A stretch of 51,848 bases of DNA from Anaeroplasmataceae bacterium (GTDB lineage Bacteria > Bacillota_I > Bacilli_A > Acholeplasmatales > Anaeroplasmataceae). This document shows, piece by piece, positions 1 through 9,864 of this stretch (position 1 is its first letter; every line of letters starts with the position of its first letter). A program made the position numbers and the translations under genes. The stretch lies in assembly GCA_045599405.1 (NCBI GenBank), contig JAZRVY010000097.1:1-51848 (forward strand). The letters run 5' to 3'. A model generated the notes under the pieces. That model ran no database searches. It was not told the DNA's origin and worked only from the letters and a program-made list of their open reading frames with translations.

Positions 1-95
1 TGCCTCCACATTTAAAATAACTTTCCATCATTACTATTATACATTAATATTAGAAATAAAAAAACTAAGAGATTAACTCCTAGTTTTAGTATACG

Positions 96-120
96 AAAAG
101 GACTTCTAGTGAAGTCCTTT
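96..120 (-). terminator. intrinsic terminator downstream of the PFOR gene
   Basis: Minus-strand hairpin AAGGACTTC-acta-GAAGTCCTT followed by TTTTCG, starting a few nt after the stop codon at 129-131. Confidence 0.6.
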
Positions 121-128
121 GATTTATA

Positions 129-3100
129 TTACTTATTTGGATATTGCTTATCAGCAAGCTCTAAGTAATGAGCGAATCTACGTTGAGCATCAGCCTTATT
201 GAATTCTAGTAATTCCTCAGCCTTAGCTGGGTTAACCTTTGTTAATTGAGCATAACGTCCTTCGTTCATTAAGAAGTCACGATATAAATCCCACTTTGGC
301 TCTCTAGCAGAGTCTAATGTGAATGGATTCTTTCCTTCAGCAGCTAAATCAGGGTTGAATCTGAATGTTGGGAAGTATCCACACTCAGTAGCCTTAGCAG
401 CTTCAACATGTGACATGTATAATCCAGACTTAATGTTATGAGCGATACATGGAGCATAACAGATAACGATAGATGGTCCATGGTAAGCCTCAGCTTCCTT
501 AAGAGCCTTAACAACTTGGTTTTGGTTAGCTCCGTGACAAACTGTAGCTACATATACATGACCATAAGACATAGCGATAGAAGCTAAATCCTTCTTCTTT
601 GCACGCTTACCAGATGCTGTAAACTTAGCAATTGATCCTGTTCTAGAAGACTTAGATGATTGTCCTCCAGTGTTTGAGTAAACCTCAGTGTCTACAACAA
701 GGATATTAACGTCTTCGTTGTTAGCGATAACGTGGTCAAGTCCACCATATCCAATGTCATAAGCCCATCCATCTCCTCCGATGATCCATTGAGAAACCTT
801 AACTAAATAATCCTTTAATGATAAGATTTCCTTAGCAAATGGAGCATCAATAGCTTCCATTGCAGCAACGATTTTTGGAGCAAGTTCCTTAGTCTTTTCA
901 CCTTCAGCACGGTTTAATACCCATTCCTCACATAGAGCTTTAGTAGCAGCATCCATGTTGTCATAGTTATTAACCATAACTGTTTGTACTCTGTCTCTTA
1001 ATGTTTCAACAGCCATTCTCATACCGAATCCGAACTCAGCGTTGTCCTCGAATAATGAGTTAGCCCAAGCTGGTCCACGTCCTTCAGCATTAGTTGTATA
1101 AGGGCTTGATGGGAATGATCCTGAATAAATTGATGTACATCCAGTAGCATTAGCAACCATCATTCTATCTCCGAATAATTGAGATACAGCCTTAACATAT
1201 GGAGTTTCTCCACATCCACCACAAGCTCCTGAGAACTCAAATAATGGCTTAGAGAATTGTAGGTTCTTAGCGTTAGCGATTCCAGCAACCTCTCTCTTAT
1301 AAGATACGTTGTTGTAGTAGTAATCGCAAATAGCTGGCTCATTCTTTTCCTTAGCAACTGCGATTGGTTGTGGCTTAAGAGCCTTAACAACTTCTTCAAC
1401 ACCTGTTTTTGGATTAACAGCCTTAATCTTTGGATTTCCTGGACACTTAGTAATACATACTCCACATCCTGTACAATCAAGAGGTGAAACAACCATTGTA
1501 TACTTATAATCCTTGAATCCTGTTGCAGGTAATAATGCCTTTCCGTCCTTGATTTCAACTGGCATAGCAGCCTCATCCTCAGCAGATACTAAGAATGGAC
1601 GAATTGCAGCATGTGGACATGCAAATGCACATTGGTTACATTGAATACAGTTCTCAGCAGTCCATAATGGAGTATGAGTAGCAACTCCACGCTTCTCCCA
1701 AGCAGCTGTACCTTGTGGCATATGTCCATCCTTAAGCTCCTTAAATACAGATACTGGTAGAGTATCTCCCTTAATAGCGTTCATTACGTCAGCAATCTCA
1801 CGAACGAACTTTGGACGAGCCATATCAACAGTCTTAACCTCATCAGTTAAGTTAGCCCACTCTGGCTTAACCTCTACTTCAACAAGTAAAGATCCTCCTA
1901 AATCGATAGCCTTGTGGTTTTGATCAACTAATTCTTGTCCCTTTCTTAGGTAAGTTTTAGTTGCGAACTCCTTCATATGAGTCTTAGCTTCTTCATAATC
2001 CATAATATTTTGATTTAACTTGAAGAATGCTGATTGCATAACTGTATTAACTCCTAGACCAGCACGGAATCCGCACTCTCTAGCAGCAGCATATGCGTTA
2101 ATAATATAGAACTTAGCCTTCTTTTGAGCTAATAATCTCTTATACTTATTTGGTAATAGAGTTTCAATATTATCTGCAGTTGTAACTGTATTTAATAAGA
2201 AAGTTCCTCCATCACGAAGTCCATCAATCATATCAAACTTCTTTAAATATGCATCTAGAGAGCATGATACGAAGTGTGGATTGTTTACTAGGTATGTAGA
2301 CTTAATTGGGTTCTTACCGAAACGTAAATGTAAACGAGTAGATCCTCCCGACTTCTTTGAGTCATATGCAGCATATGATTGAGCATATAAATCAGTGTAG
2401 TCTCCTACAATCTTAGAAATATTCTTACAAGCTCCTACTGTTCCATCTGATCCTAATCCGAAGAATAATAACTCAGTTGTTCCAGCATCTACTACGTCGA
2501 TATGATTCTTAACATCTAATGATAAGAAGTTAACATCATCGTTGATACCAACAGTGAATCTCTTCTTTGGTGTAGCTGATGCTAAGTTTTCATAAACAGC
2601 ATTGATCATATCTGGAGTTACGTCCTTTGAAGATAATCCATAACGTCCTCCGATAATCATTGGAGCATTGTCCTCTCCATAATATAATGATTGAACATCT
2701 AGGAATAATGGCTCAGCTAATGAACCTGGCTCGATAGTTCTGTCTAATACTGCAATTCTCTTTACAGTCTTTGGCATAGCAGCCATAAAGAACTCCTTAG
2801 AGAATGGACGGTATAAGTGAACCTCAAGAATTCCGACCTTCTTACCTTGAGCTGTTAAATAATCAACAACCTCTTCAGAACATTGACAAGCAGATCCCAT
2901 AGCTACAATAACATCTGTAGCATCCTTAGCTCCGTAGAATACGAATGGAGCATAGTTTCTTCCTGTCTCCTTTGAAATCTTTGCCATGTACTCTGCAACG
3001 ATTTGTGGTACTTCCTTATATTGAGAGTTTTGTAACTCACGAGTTTGGAAGTATACGTCATCATTTTGTGCAGTTCCACGAGTCTTTGGATGAGCTGGAT

Positions 3101-3731
3101 TTAAAGCTTCTGCTCTAAACTTAGTAACTGCATCCATATCTAATAATCCTGATAACATATCAGTATCAATTGCCTCTACTGTATTAACTTCGTGTGATGT
3201 TCTGAATCCATCAAAGAAGTGTAAGAAAGGAATTGAAGACTTAATAGCAGATAAGTGTGCAACTCCTGCTAAGTCCATAACCTCTTGAACAGAGTTTGAA
3301 CACATCATAGCAAATCCTGTTTGACGACATGCCATAACGTCTTGGTGGTCACCAAAGATTGATAGTGATTGTGCAGCTAAAGCACGTGCAGCTACGTGGA
3401 TAACTCCTGGTAGGCACTCTCCTGCAATCTTATACATATTTGGTACCTTTAATAATAAACCTTGAGATGCAGTGAAAGTTGTAGTTAAAGCTCCTGCTTG
3501 AAGTGAACCGTGAACAGTTCCTACAGCTCCTGCCTCAGATTGCATTTCAACAATTTTAACAGGCATTCCAAATAAATTCTTCTTACCTTGTGAAGCCCAT
3601 TCATCAACATATTCAGCCATTGGTGTAGATGGTGTAATTGGGTAAATTCCAGCTACTTCAGTGAAGTTATATGCAGCATATGCAGCAGCATAGTTTCCGT
3701 CTATAGCCATTCTTTTTACATTCTTGCTCAT
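129..3731 (-). CDS. nifJ: pyruvate:ferredoxin (flavodoxin) oxidoreductase, single-chain PFOR
   Basis: ORF 129..3761. N-terminus MAIDGNYAAAYAAYNFTEVAGIYPITPSTPMAE, two ferredoxin-type motifs (CIQCNQCAFACP, CTGCGVCITKCP) and the TPP-binding GGDGWAYDIGYGGLDH are PFOR hallmarks. Start moved to the ATG at 3731 (MSKNVKRMAIDG): it is preceded by AGGAGGA, and the ORF-track start coincides with the predicted transcription start. Confidence 0.95.
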   Translation of the reverse strand: MSKNVKRMAIDGNYAAAYAAYNFTEVAGIYPITPSTPMAEYVDEWASQGKKNLFGMPVKIVEMQSEAGAVGTVHGSLQAGALTTTFTASQGLLLKVPNMYKIAGECLPGVIHVAARALAAQSLSIFGDHQDVMACRQTGFAMMCSNSVQEVMDLAGVAHLSAIKSSIPFLHFFDGFRTSHEVNTVEAIDTDMLSGLLDMDAVTKFRAEALNPAHPKTRGTAQNDDVYFQTRELQNSQYKEVPQIVAEYMAKISKETGRNYAPFVFYGAKDATDVIVAMGSACQCSEEVVDYLTAQGKKVGILEVHLYRPFSKEFFMAAMPKTVKRIAVLDRTIEPGSLAEPLFLDVQSLYYGEDNAPMIIGGRYGLSSKDVTPDMINAVYENLASATPKKRFTVGINDDVNFLSLDVKNHIDVVDAGTTELLFFGLGSDGTVGACKNISKIVGDYTDLYAQSYAAYDSKKSGGSTRLHLRFGKNPIKSTYLVNNPHFVSCSLDAYLKKFDMIDGLRDGGTFLLNTVTTADNIETLLPNKYKRLLAQKKAKFYIINAYAAARECGFRAGLGVNTVMQSAFFKLNQNIMDYEEAKTHMKEFATKTYLRKGQELVDQNHKAIDLGGSLLVEVEVKPEWANLTDEVKTVDMARPKFVREIADVMNAIKGDTLPVSVFKELKDGHMPQGTAAWEKRGVATHTPLWTAENCIQCNQCAFACPHAAIRPFLVSAEDEAAMPVEIKDGKALLPATGFKDYKYTMVVSPLDCTGCGVCITKCPGNPKIKAVNPKTGVEEVVKALKPQPIAVAKEKNEPAICDYYYNNVSYKREVAGIANAKNLQFSKPLFEFSGACGGCGETPYVKAVSQLFGDRMMVANATGCTSIYSGSFPSSPYTTNAEGRGPAWANSLFEDNAEFGFGMRMAVETLRDRVQTVMVNNYDNMDAATKALCEEWVLNRAEGEKTKELAPKIVAAMEAIDAPFAKEILSLKDYLVKVSQWIIGGDGWAYDIGYGGLDHVIANNEDVNILVVDTEVYSNTGGQSSKSSRTGSIAKFTASGKRAKKKDLASIAMSYGHVYVATVCHGANQNQVVKALKEAEAYHGPSIVICYAPCIAHNIKSGLYMSHVEAAKATECGYFPTFRFNPDLAAEGKNPFTLDSAREPKWDLYRDFLMNEGRYAQLTKVNPAKAEELLEFNKADAQRRFAHYLELADKQYPNK

Positions 3732-3766
3732 AATTGTCCTCCTATTAACATTAATGTACATTGTAT

Positions 3767-3795
3767 ATTATACTCTTAAATAACAATCTTTACAA
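3767..3795 (-). promoter_or_regulatory. SigA-type promoter for the PFOR gene (TTGTAA-N17-TATAAT)
   Basis: Minus strand reads TTGTAA (3795..3790), an exact 17-nt spacer, then TATAAT (3772..3767), about 35 nt upstream of the ATG at 3731. Confidence 0.5.
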
Positions 3796-3870
3796 CAAAA
3801 TTATTGTTATAGTATTAAATATAATACTACATAAAATTAATATGTGATAAAATAAGTCTAGGTGATACTA

Positions 3871-5070
3871 ATGACTTTATTGGAGAGATTTTTAAATTAT
3901 GTAAAGATAGATACTCAAAGTAAGGAAGGAACAAATCAATATCCTTCTACCTCTAAGCAATTTAATCTATTGAATTTGCTTAAGAATGAGCTGTCACAAT
4001 ATCCTATGGATATTACTGCCACAGACAATTGTATTCTATATGCTTTTTTACCTACTAACTGTAGTTCAGATAAATACGTTGGATTTATAGCTCATATGGA
4101 TACCTCTCCTGAGGCTAGTGGTGAAAATATCACACCTAATGTCATTAATAAATATGATGGCAATGTTATTATCCTTAATAATAATATAACAATAGATCCT
4201 AAGGATTTTCCTAGATTAAAGGATCAAATAAATCATACACTTATCACATCAGATGGAACAACTTTATTAGGCGCAGATGACAAGGCTGGTATAGCTGAAA
4301 TAATGAATATGCTAGATTATATTATTAAAAATAATATTCCTCACCATAATATTTGCATTGCATTCACGCCTGATGAAGAAATTGGTGAAGGTACGACAAA
4401 CTTTAATTTAGATATATTTAGAGCCAATTATGCTTATACTGTTGATGGTGGTAAATATGATGAATTTAACTACGAATGCTTCAATGCTGCTTCTGCCCAT
4501 ATTGAAATAACAGGTGTCGGAATACATCCAGGAGAGGCAAAAGATAAAATGGTTAATTCACTTAGAATAGCCACAGCATTTGATACAATTCTAGACCAAA
4601 AAATGAGGCCAGAATATACAGAAAGATATGAGGGATTTAATCATTTAGTTTCTATTAAGGGAGATGAGGTATTCACTACTCTTGACTATATAATTAGAAA
4701 TCATGATAAAAACCTTTTAGAAAAACAAAAAAGTGAATTCATAGAAATAATAAACTCACTTAAATTAAAAAATCCTAAAGCTAAAATCGAATTAACTTTA
4801 AAAGACTCATATATTAATATGAAATATGATTTAATAAATCATATGGATGTTGTAAATATAGCTCTAGATGCAATGAAAAAAGAAGGCATTACTCCTATAA
4901 TTGAACCAATTAGAGGTGGTACCGATGGAGCCAGATTAACATCCTTAGGATTACCTTGTCCTAATATGCCAACTGGTGGATATAACTACCATGGAGTTAG
5001 AGAATATGCTGATTTAAATGAGATGGAATTATGCTCTAAATACCTTATAAATATAGCAAAAGCCGAGTAA
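3871..5070 (+). CDS. pepT: peptidase T (tripeptide aminopeptidase, M20B family)
   Basis: N-terminus LLERFLNYVKIDTQS, then HMDTSPE, GADDKAGIAEIM, FTPDEEIGEG and IRGGTDGA, matching PepT metal-binding and catalytic blocks. The ORF-track start at 3862 is GTG; the ATG at 3871 follows a GGTGA ribosome-binding site. Confidence 0.9.
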   Translation: MTLLERFLNYVKIDTQSKEGTNQYPSTSKQFNLLNLLKNELSQYPMDITATDNCILYAFLPTNCSSDKYVGFIAHMDTSPEASGENITPNVINKYDGNVIILNNNITIDPKDFPRLKDQINHTLITSDGTTLLGADDKAGIAEIMNMLDYIIKNNIPHHNICIAFTPDEEIGEGTTNFNLDIFRANYAYTVDGGKYDEFNYECFNAASAHIEITGVGIHPGEAKDKMVNSLRIATAFDTILDQKMRPEYTERYEGFNHLVSIKGDEVFTTLDYIIRNHDKNLLEKQKSEFIEIINSLKLKNPKAKIELTLKDSYINMKYDLINHMDVVNIALDAMKKEGITPIIEPIRGGTDGARLTSLGLPCPNMPTGGYNYHGVREYADLNEMELCSKYLINIAKAE

Positions 5071-5091
5071 TAAACTCGGCTTTGTTTTTTT
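5061..5091 (+). terminator. intrinsic terminator between convergent pepT and typA
   Basis: Hairpin AGCCGAGT-aataa-ACTCGGCT overlaps the pepT stop codon and is followed by TTGTTTTTTT. An A-run on the other side could make it bidirectional. Confidence 0.65.
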
Positions 5092-5092
5092 A

Positions 5093-6922
5093 TTAATCAA
5101 TATCTCCAGCTCTAACGTGAGCATCATATTTCTTACGTTCTACTGTATCAAGAATCTTTTTACGAAGTCTGATATTCTTTGGAGTTACCTCAACTAATTC
5201 ATCATCATTAATAAATTCGATACACATCTCTAGAGTCATAATCTTTGGCTTCTTTAATACAACTGTTGTATCCTTAGTTGCTGAACGAGTATTTGTTTGT
5301 TGCTTAGCCTTAACTACGTTAACTGCTAAATCTAAATCCTTACCAGTTTGACCTACGATCATTCCTTCGTAAATCTCTTCTCCTGGTCCAACAAACATAA
5401 TTCCACGATCCTCTAAAGCTCCAAGTGAGTAAGCTGTAGATTGTCCTTGGGCCATAGAAACCATTGCACCTGTAGTTCTGCGTCCTACTTGCATGCTTTC
5501 CATAGGTCTATAATCTAGGAAAGTATGAGAAATCATACCATATCCTCTTGTTGCTGTTAAGAAATCAGTATTGAATCCAATAAGTCCTCTTGAAGGAATT
5601 GTATATGTAACACGTGCTTGAGTCTCAGTGTTTGTCATATTTTCCATAGTTCCCTTACGGTTTCCTAGCATTTCAATAACTGTACCGATAGTATCAGCTG
5701 GAGCATCAATAACTACATATTCATATGGCTCCATCTTAATACCATTTTCTTCTTTGATGATAGCTCTTGGTCTAGAAACTTGGAATTCATATCCTTCACG
5801 GCGCATATTTTCAATTAAGATACTTAAATGTAATTCTCCACGTCCTGAAACTACCCATTCCTCAGATGAACCAATACGTTCAACCTTTAAAGCTACATCT
5901 CTATCTACTTCCTTCATTAATCTATCTTCGATTTTTGAAGCAGTAACCATCTTTCCTTCCTTACCACAGAAAGGAGATGTATTTGTACCAAATGTCATTT
6001 GTACTGTTGGCTCTGTAATTGCGATTGGTGGTAAAGCCTCTTCTTTTCCAGGATTACAAATTGTTTCTCCTACAGAAATATCAGGTAAACCTGAAATAGC
6101 TATAATTTCTCCAGCTGTTGCTTCTTGAATTTCAATCTTATCAAGCCCCATAAATCCAAACATCTTTTGAATACGGAATTGCTTAACTGAACCATCTAAT
6201 CTTACACAGCTAACCATTTCTCCAGCCTTTACAGATCCACGAACAACTCTACCAACACCCATTCTTCCTACGAAATCATTGTAATCAATTAATGCTGGTT
6301 GGAATTGTAATGAAGCTTCCTTATCTACTTGAGGTAAAGGAATCTCCTTTAAAATTAAATCAAGAACACACTCCATGCTTTCCTTTTGAGTCGAAATATC
6401 AGGAGATAAGCTTGATGTATAATTTACAGCTGATGTATATGCGATAGGGAACTCTAATTGGTCCTCATCAGCACCTAAATCTATTAATAGCTCTAGAACC
6501 TCATCAATAACCTCTAGTGGTCTTGCAGATGGCTTATCTACCTTGTTGATAACAACAATTGGCCTTAATCCAGCTTCAAGTGCCTTCTTTAAAACAAATC
6601 TAGTTTGTGGCATTGTTCCTTCGTATGCATCTACTACTAAAATAACTCCATCAACCATTGTCATGATTCTTTCAACTTCTCCACCAAAGTCAGCATGTCC
6701 TGGTGTATCTAGAATATTGATCTTTGTATTCTTATATTGAATAGCAGTAACCTTTGCTAGAATAGTGATTCCACGTTCACGTTCAATATCATTAGAATCC
6801 ATTACACAATCTTGTACAACTTGATTGTCACGGAAGGTATGTGCAGTTTGTAATAATTTATCAACTAATGTTGTCTTTCCATGGTCTACATGGGCAATAA
6901 TTGCGACATTTCTAACATCCAT
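5093..6922 (-). CDS. typA: translational GTPase TypA/BipA
   Basis: G-domain motifs AIIAHVDHGKTTLVD, DTPGHADFGGEVER and NKVDK, with EF-G-like domain order and a BipA-type C-terminus. Likely start is MDVRNVAIIAH at 6922, preceded by AAGAAGAGGA. The ORF-track start is 6943. Confidence 0.93.
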   Translation of the reverse strand: MDVRNVAIIAHVDHGKTTLVDKLLQTAHTFRDNQVVQDCVMDSNDIERERGITILAKVTAIQYKNTKINILDTPGHADFGGEVERIMTMVDGVILVVDAYEGTMPQTRFVLKKALEAGLRPIVVINKVDKPSARPLEVIDEVLELLIDLGADEDQLEFPIAYTSAVNYTSSLSPDISTQKESMECVLDLILKEIPLPQVDKEASLQFQPALIDYNDFVGRMGVGRVVRGSVKAGEMVSCVRLDGSVKQFRIQKMFGFMGLDKIEIQEATAGEIIAISGLPDISVGETICNPGKEEALPPIAITEPTVQMTFGTNTSPFCGKEGKMVTASKIEDRLMKEVDRDVALKVERIGSSEEWVVSGRGELHLSILIENMRREGYEFQVSRPRAIIKEENGIKMEPYEYVVIDAPADTIGTVIEMLGNRKGTMENMTNTETQARVTYTIPSRGLIGFNTDFLTATRGYGMISHTFLDYRPMESMQVGRRTTGAMVSMAQGQSTAYSLGALEDRGIMFVGPGEEIYEGMIVGQTGKDLDLAVNVVKAKQQTNTRSATKDTTVVLKKPKIMTLEMCIEFINDDELVEVTPKNIRLRKKILDTVERKKYDAHVRAGDID

Positions 6923-7001
6923 AATTATGTCCTCTTCTTTCATAATCTAACAAAATAGATTATATCACTATTTAACAAGTAGTTATTTATGAAAACGTTT
7001 A

Positions 7002-8099
7002 TTACTTATCACGTTTTTGAAGTAAGATACCTAAGCAATAAACTAAATCAGAATCATTTCCTTCTGCCATTTGCTTAATTGTTTCAAGGTAGCTATAAGC
7101 TTGTGGATAATCATCTTGTGTATATTCCATACACTTCTTTAAAGAAGCAGAGAATAATGGGTGAGTCATATCCTTTAAGAATGAAACAGTCTCCTCAAGT
7201 CTTGGATTCTTTTCCATCATCTTGTAGAATTGAGTAAGTCCCTTAGGCATTCTCATATCGTTCTTAATTCTATCCTTTTCATTTCCTGTTCCCACTGGCA
7301 CAATTGCATCATATAGCTTGCATAATTGATATCCAGCACAGTAATTTAATAATTCTGTAAAATCTCTATCTCCATTAACTGATTGTCTAAGCTTAATTAA
7401 TAATTCAATACGCCAAATAAATCTTGTATTTTTCTTTGTAATATAAGCATGGCTAGAAATAAACTTACTTCTTAAATCAAGAAGCTTAGATCTAACATCA
7501 GCATCAGAGCTTAGCATACGCTCAACACTCTTTAAATCAGCAACAAGTGGTTCAACATTAGGAGCTTTAAAGCTTGCTAAACGTAATAATAAATTTGTAG
7601 ATTCATCATAATATTGTTCAACTAAATCAGCAATATTTACTTTACGTGCCTTAGTTTCCTTTTCGTAGTAAATATAGTACTTGAATTCCTTCTTAGTAAC
7701 TAAATCCTTCTTTAAAACACAGCATCCAATTCTCTGATTATCAAATACTCTTGATGCTGGATGACCTACAACGTCATTTCTAATATATTTTAATTCACGT
7801 AGTTGTCTATTTTGATTTATGTTTAAATAATTTTTGTTGTTAGTAATAACAGAATTTAAAGTATATAATGCATCAATACATACAAATAAACTTTGTAAAA
7901 TACAATATAGACGTTGAATACATCTACTCTTTGATGCATCTCCCTCCATAGTTTTCATTAATTCTTTCATCATTTCATTATTAATGTCTAATGCATTGAT
8001 AGCTGCCATAAAAGGATAATAATTAACCTCACCTGGCTTAATTAATGTACTTATTGCTTGAAGAGCATCCTCTCCTGCTTTAATCTTTTCTTCTAACAT
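7002..8099 (-). CDS. hypothetical protein with an N-terminal HEPN-like Rx4-6H motif (IRNDVVGHP)
   Basis: 370-aa ORF with no recognisable housekeeping family. Predicted mostly helical. The motif R-N-D-V-V-G-H sits about 110 residues from the N-terminus. The ORF-track start at 8114 is GTG; the first ATG is at 8099. Confidence 0.6.
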   Translation of the reverse strand: MLEEKIKAGEDALQAISTLIKPGEVNYYPFMAAINALDINNEMMKELMKTMEGDASKSRCIQRLYCILQSLFVCIDALYTLNSVITNNKNYLNINQNRQLRELKYIRNDVVGHPASRVFDNQRIGCCVLKKDLVTKKEFKYYIYYEKETKARKVNIADLVEQYYDESTNLLLRLASFKAPNVEPLVADLKSVERMLSSDADVRSKLLDLRSKFISSHAYITKKNTRFIWRIELLIKLRQSVNGDRDFTELLNYCAGYQLCKLYDAIVPVGTGNEKDRIKNDMRMPKGLTQFYKMMEKNPRLEETVSFLKDMTHPLFSASLKKCMEYTQDDYPQAYSYLETIKQMAEGNDSDLVYCLGILLQKRDK

Positions 8100-8170
8100 T
8101 TTAAACACCCACACTTCATTATTTTTTCTTTTTCTTCAATTACTTTAGTAATTTATACTAAATCATTTTA

Positions 8171-8199
8171 ATTATATCTAATTTTTTTACATTAAACAA
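8171..8199 (-). promoter_or_regulatory. possible promoter for the hypothetical gene (TTGTTT-N17-TATAAT)
   Basis: Minus strand reads TTGTTT (8199..8194), a 17-nt spacer, then TATAAT (8176..8171). This lies downstream of the pyk terminator and about 70 nt upstream of the start codon. Confidence 0.35.
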
Positions 8200-8249
8200 C
8201 ATAAAAACAGCATTTTTTTATCCGATTTTTTTATAATATTTTAATAAAT

Positions 8250-8274
8250 TAAAAAAAGCTGGCGTTACCCAGCT
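8250..8274 (-). terminator. intrinsic terminator after pyk
   Basis: Minus-strand hairpin AGCTGG-gtaacg-CCAGCT followed by TTTTTTTAATTT, just below the pyk stop at 8283. Confidence 0.65.
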
Positions 8275-8282
8275 TATTTTTA

Positions 8283-9701
8283 TTATTTCATTGTATGAAT
8301 CTTCATTGTATCAGTTACACCACAACCAATGATTGAACCTCCAAGAATTATGATCTTATCACCCTTCTTAACAAGTCCAGTTTTAGCTGCCATATCAGCT
8401 GCGTATAAGAATAATTCATCTGTCGATGATTTCATTTCAGCCTTAACAGGATATACTCCGCATTGTAATCCCAATTGATGATATGCCTTTTCATCTACAG
8501 TAACAGAAATGATAGGACATCCTGGACGATATGCAGCAAGTGTTTGAGCTGTAATACCATGGATTGTTACGCATACGATAGCTTTAGCATCAAGTTGGAA
8601 TGATGCATGAACTGCTGCATTACATACAGTAGAAACAACATCAGCTCCTAGCTCAAGATTATTGTTATAAAATCTATCCTTAAAGTTGATATCCTCTTCT
8701 GCAGCTAAAGCTATATTAGACATAGCTGTAACTGATTCAACTGGATATAACCCAGCTGCTGATTCACCAGATAGCATAATCACTGAAGTCTTATCATAAA
8801 TAGCATTAGCAACATCTGATACCTCTGCTCTTGTAGGTCTAGGATTCTTTTGCATTGAATCTAGCATTTGAGTTGCAGTTACTACAATCTTACCAGCCTT
8901 ATAGCATTTTTCAATCATTCTCTTTTGAACAGCAGGAAGATTTCTAAATGGAATCTCTACTCCTAGGTCTCCACGGGCAACCATAACACCGTCAGCCTCT
9001 TCAATAATTTCATCCATCTTTTCAACACCTTCAGTGTTTTCAATCTTACAAATAATTTTAATATCTTCTCCGCCATGAGCCTTTAATAGATTTTTCAAAT
9101 CTATAACATCTTGCTTTCTTCGTGTAAATGAAGCAGCAACATAATCTACTCCTTGTTCACATCCAAAGATTAAATCAGAAGCATCAACCTCAGAAATAAA
9201 TGGCATATCAACAACCACACCAGGAATATTAATTGATTTCTTATTTTTTAATGTTGCATTGTTAAGTACAGTACAAACAACATTATTTCCATCAATTTTC
9301 TTAACCTCAAGTCCGATTAATCCATCATCAACTAGAATCTTATCTCCAGCCTTAACAAACTTAGCTAAATGAGGATATGTTAATCCTACATGTGTATTAT
9401 CTCCAAGCTCATCAAAATTATCAGTTAAAGTAAATTCTTGCCCTTCAACCAAATCAACCTTGTCATCCTTAAAGTTTCTAACTCTAATTTCAGGTCCTTT
9501 TGTATCAAGTAGTATTGGAAGAGCAATATTCATATCATTTCTAAGTTTCTTAATAGTAGCAATTCTTTCAGCATGTTCCTCATGAGTTCCGTGAGAAAAA
9601 TTTAATCTACAGCAATTCATTCCATGCTCTACCATAACCTTTAACTTATCATATCCATCACAAGCTGGTCCTAATGTACAAATTATTTTTGTTTTACGCA
9701 T
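8283..9701 (-). CDS. pyk: pyruvate kinase
   Basis: MRKTKIICTLGPA, CRLNFSHGTHEEH, LLDTKGPEIR and MVARGDLGVEIP are canonical pyruvate kinase blocks. Likely start is at 9701, after AGAGGGTG. The ORF-track start at 9734 adds 11 non-conserved residues. Confidence 0.94.
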   Translation of the reverse strand: MRKTKIICTLGPACDGYDKLKVMVEHGMNCCRLNFSHGTHEEHAERIATIKKLRNDMNIALPILLDTKGPEIRVRNFKDDKVDLVEGQEFTLTDNFDELGDNTHVGLTYPHLAKFVKAGDKILVDDGLIGLEVKKIDGNNVVCTVLNNATLKNKKSINIPGVVVDMPFISEVDASDLIFGCEQGVDYVAASFTRRKQDVIDLKNLLKAHGGEDIKIICKIENTEGVEKMDEIIEEADGVMVARGDLGVEIPFRNLPAVQKRMIEKCYKAGKIVVTATQMLDSMQKNPRPTRAEVSDVANAIYDKTSVIMLSGESAAGLYPVESVTAMSNIALAAEEDINFKDRFYNNNLELGADVVSTVCNAAVHASFQLDAKAIVCVTIHGITAQTLAAYRPGCPIISVTVDEKAYHQLGLQCGVYPVKAEMKSSTDELFLYAADMAAKTGLVKKGDKIIILGGSIIGCGVTDTMKIHTMK

Positions 9702-9820
9702 AAAAACACCCTCTTTATTCATATCTTTAATCATATTATACCATTAAATATAAATAATATATTATTTATGTGAATATTTTCGTAAATAAATAACAATATT
9801 TTGTAGGATGTATTATTAAA

Positions 9821-9850
9821 TAAAAAAAGTATAGAACAAAATTCTATACT
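9821..9850 (-). terminator. intrinsic terminator after the tRNA cluster
   Basis: Minus-strand hairpin AGTATAGAA-ttttg-TTCTATACT followed by a T-run, about 15 nt below the 3' end of tRNA-Thr. Confidence 0.6.
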
Positions 9851-9864
9851 TTAATTAATCAAAA

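Noticed and set aside
1-9. The minus-strand GGAGG-like sequence at the extreme left edge (GTGGAGGCA) suggests a ribosome-binding site for a gene starting just outside the window.
   Set aside because: No start codon or coding sequence is visible in the window, so no feature can be supported.
1160-1576. ORF-track entries nested inside, antisense to, or in another frame of long conserved genes. Examples: 1160..1576, 5628..6128, 6543..6740, 10957..11139, 11503..11712, 13312..13509, 13965..14177, 14786..14977, 15441..15734, 16872..17120, 18713..19042, all short ORFs inside 21133..32196, 34737..34940, 38699..38986, 39482..39670, 40470..41303, 41991..42221, 43326..43529, 47025..47246, 48369..48572, 49728..49958 and 50441..50629.
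   Set aside because: Each lies wholly or largely within a long ORF that has clear family signatures. Their translations are low-complexity (Ser/Leu/Ile/Phe-rich), as expected from alternative frames of AT-rich coding DNA. None has a convincing ribosome-binding site.
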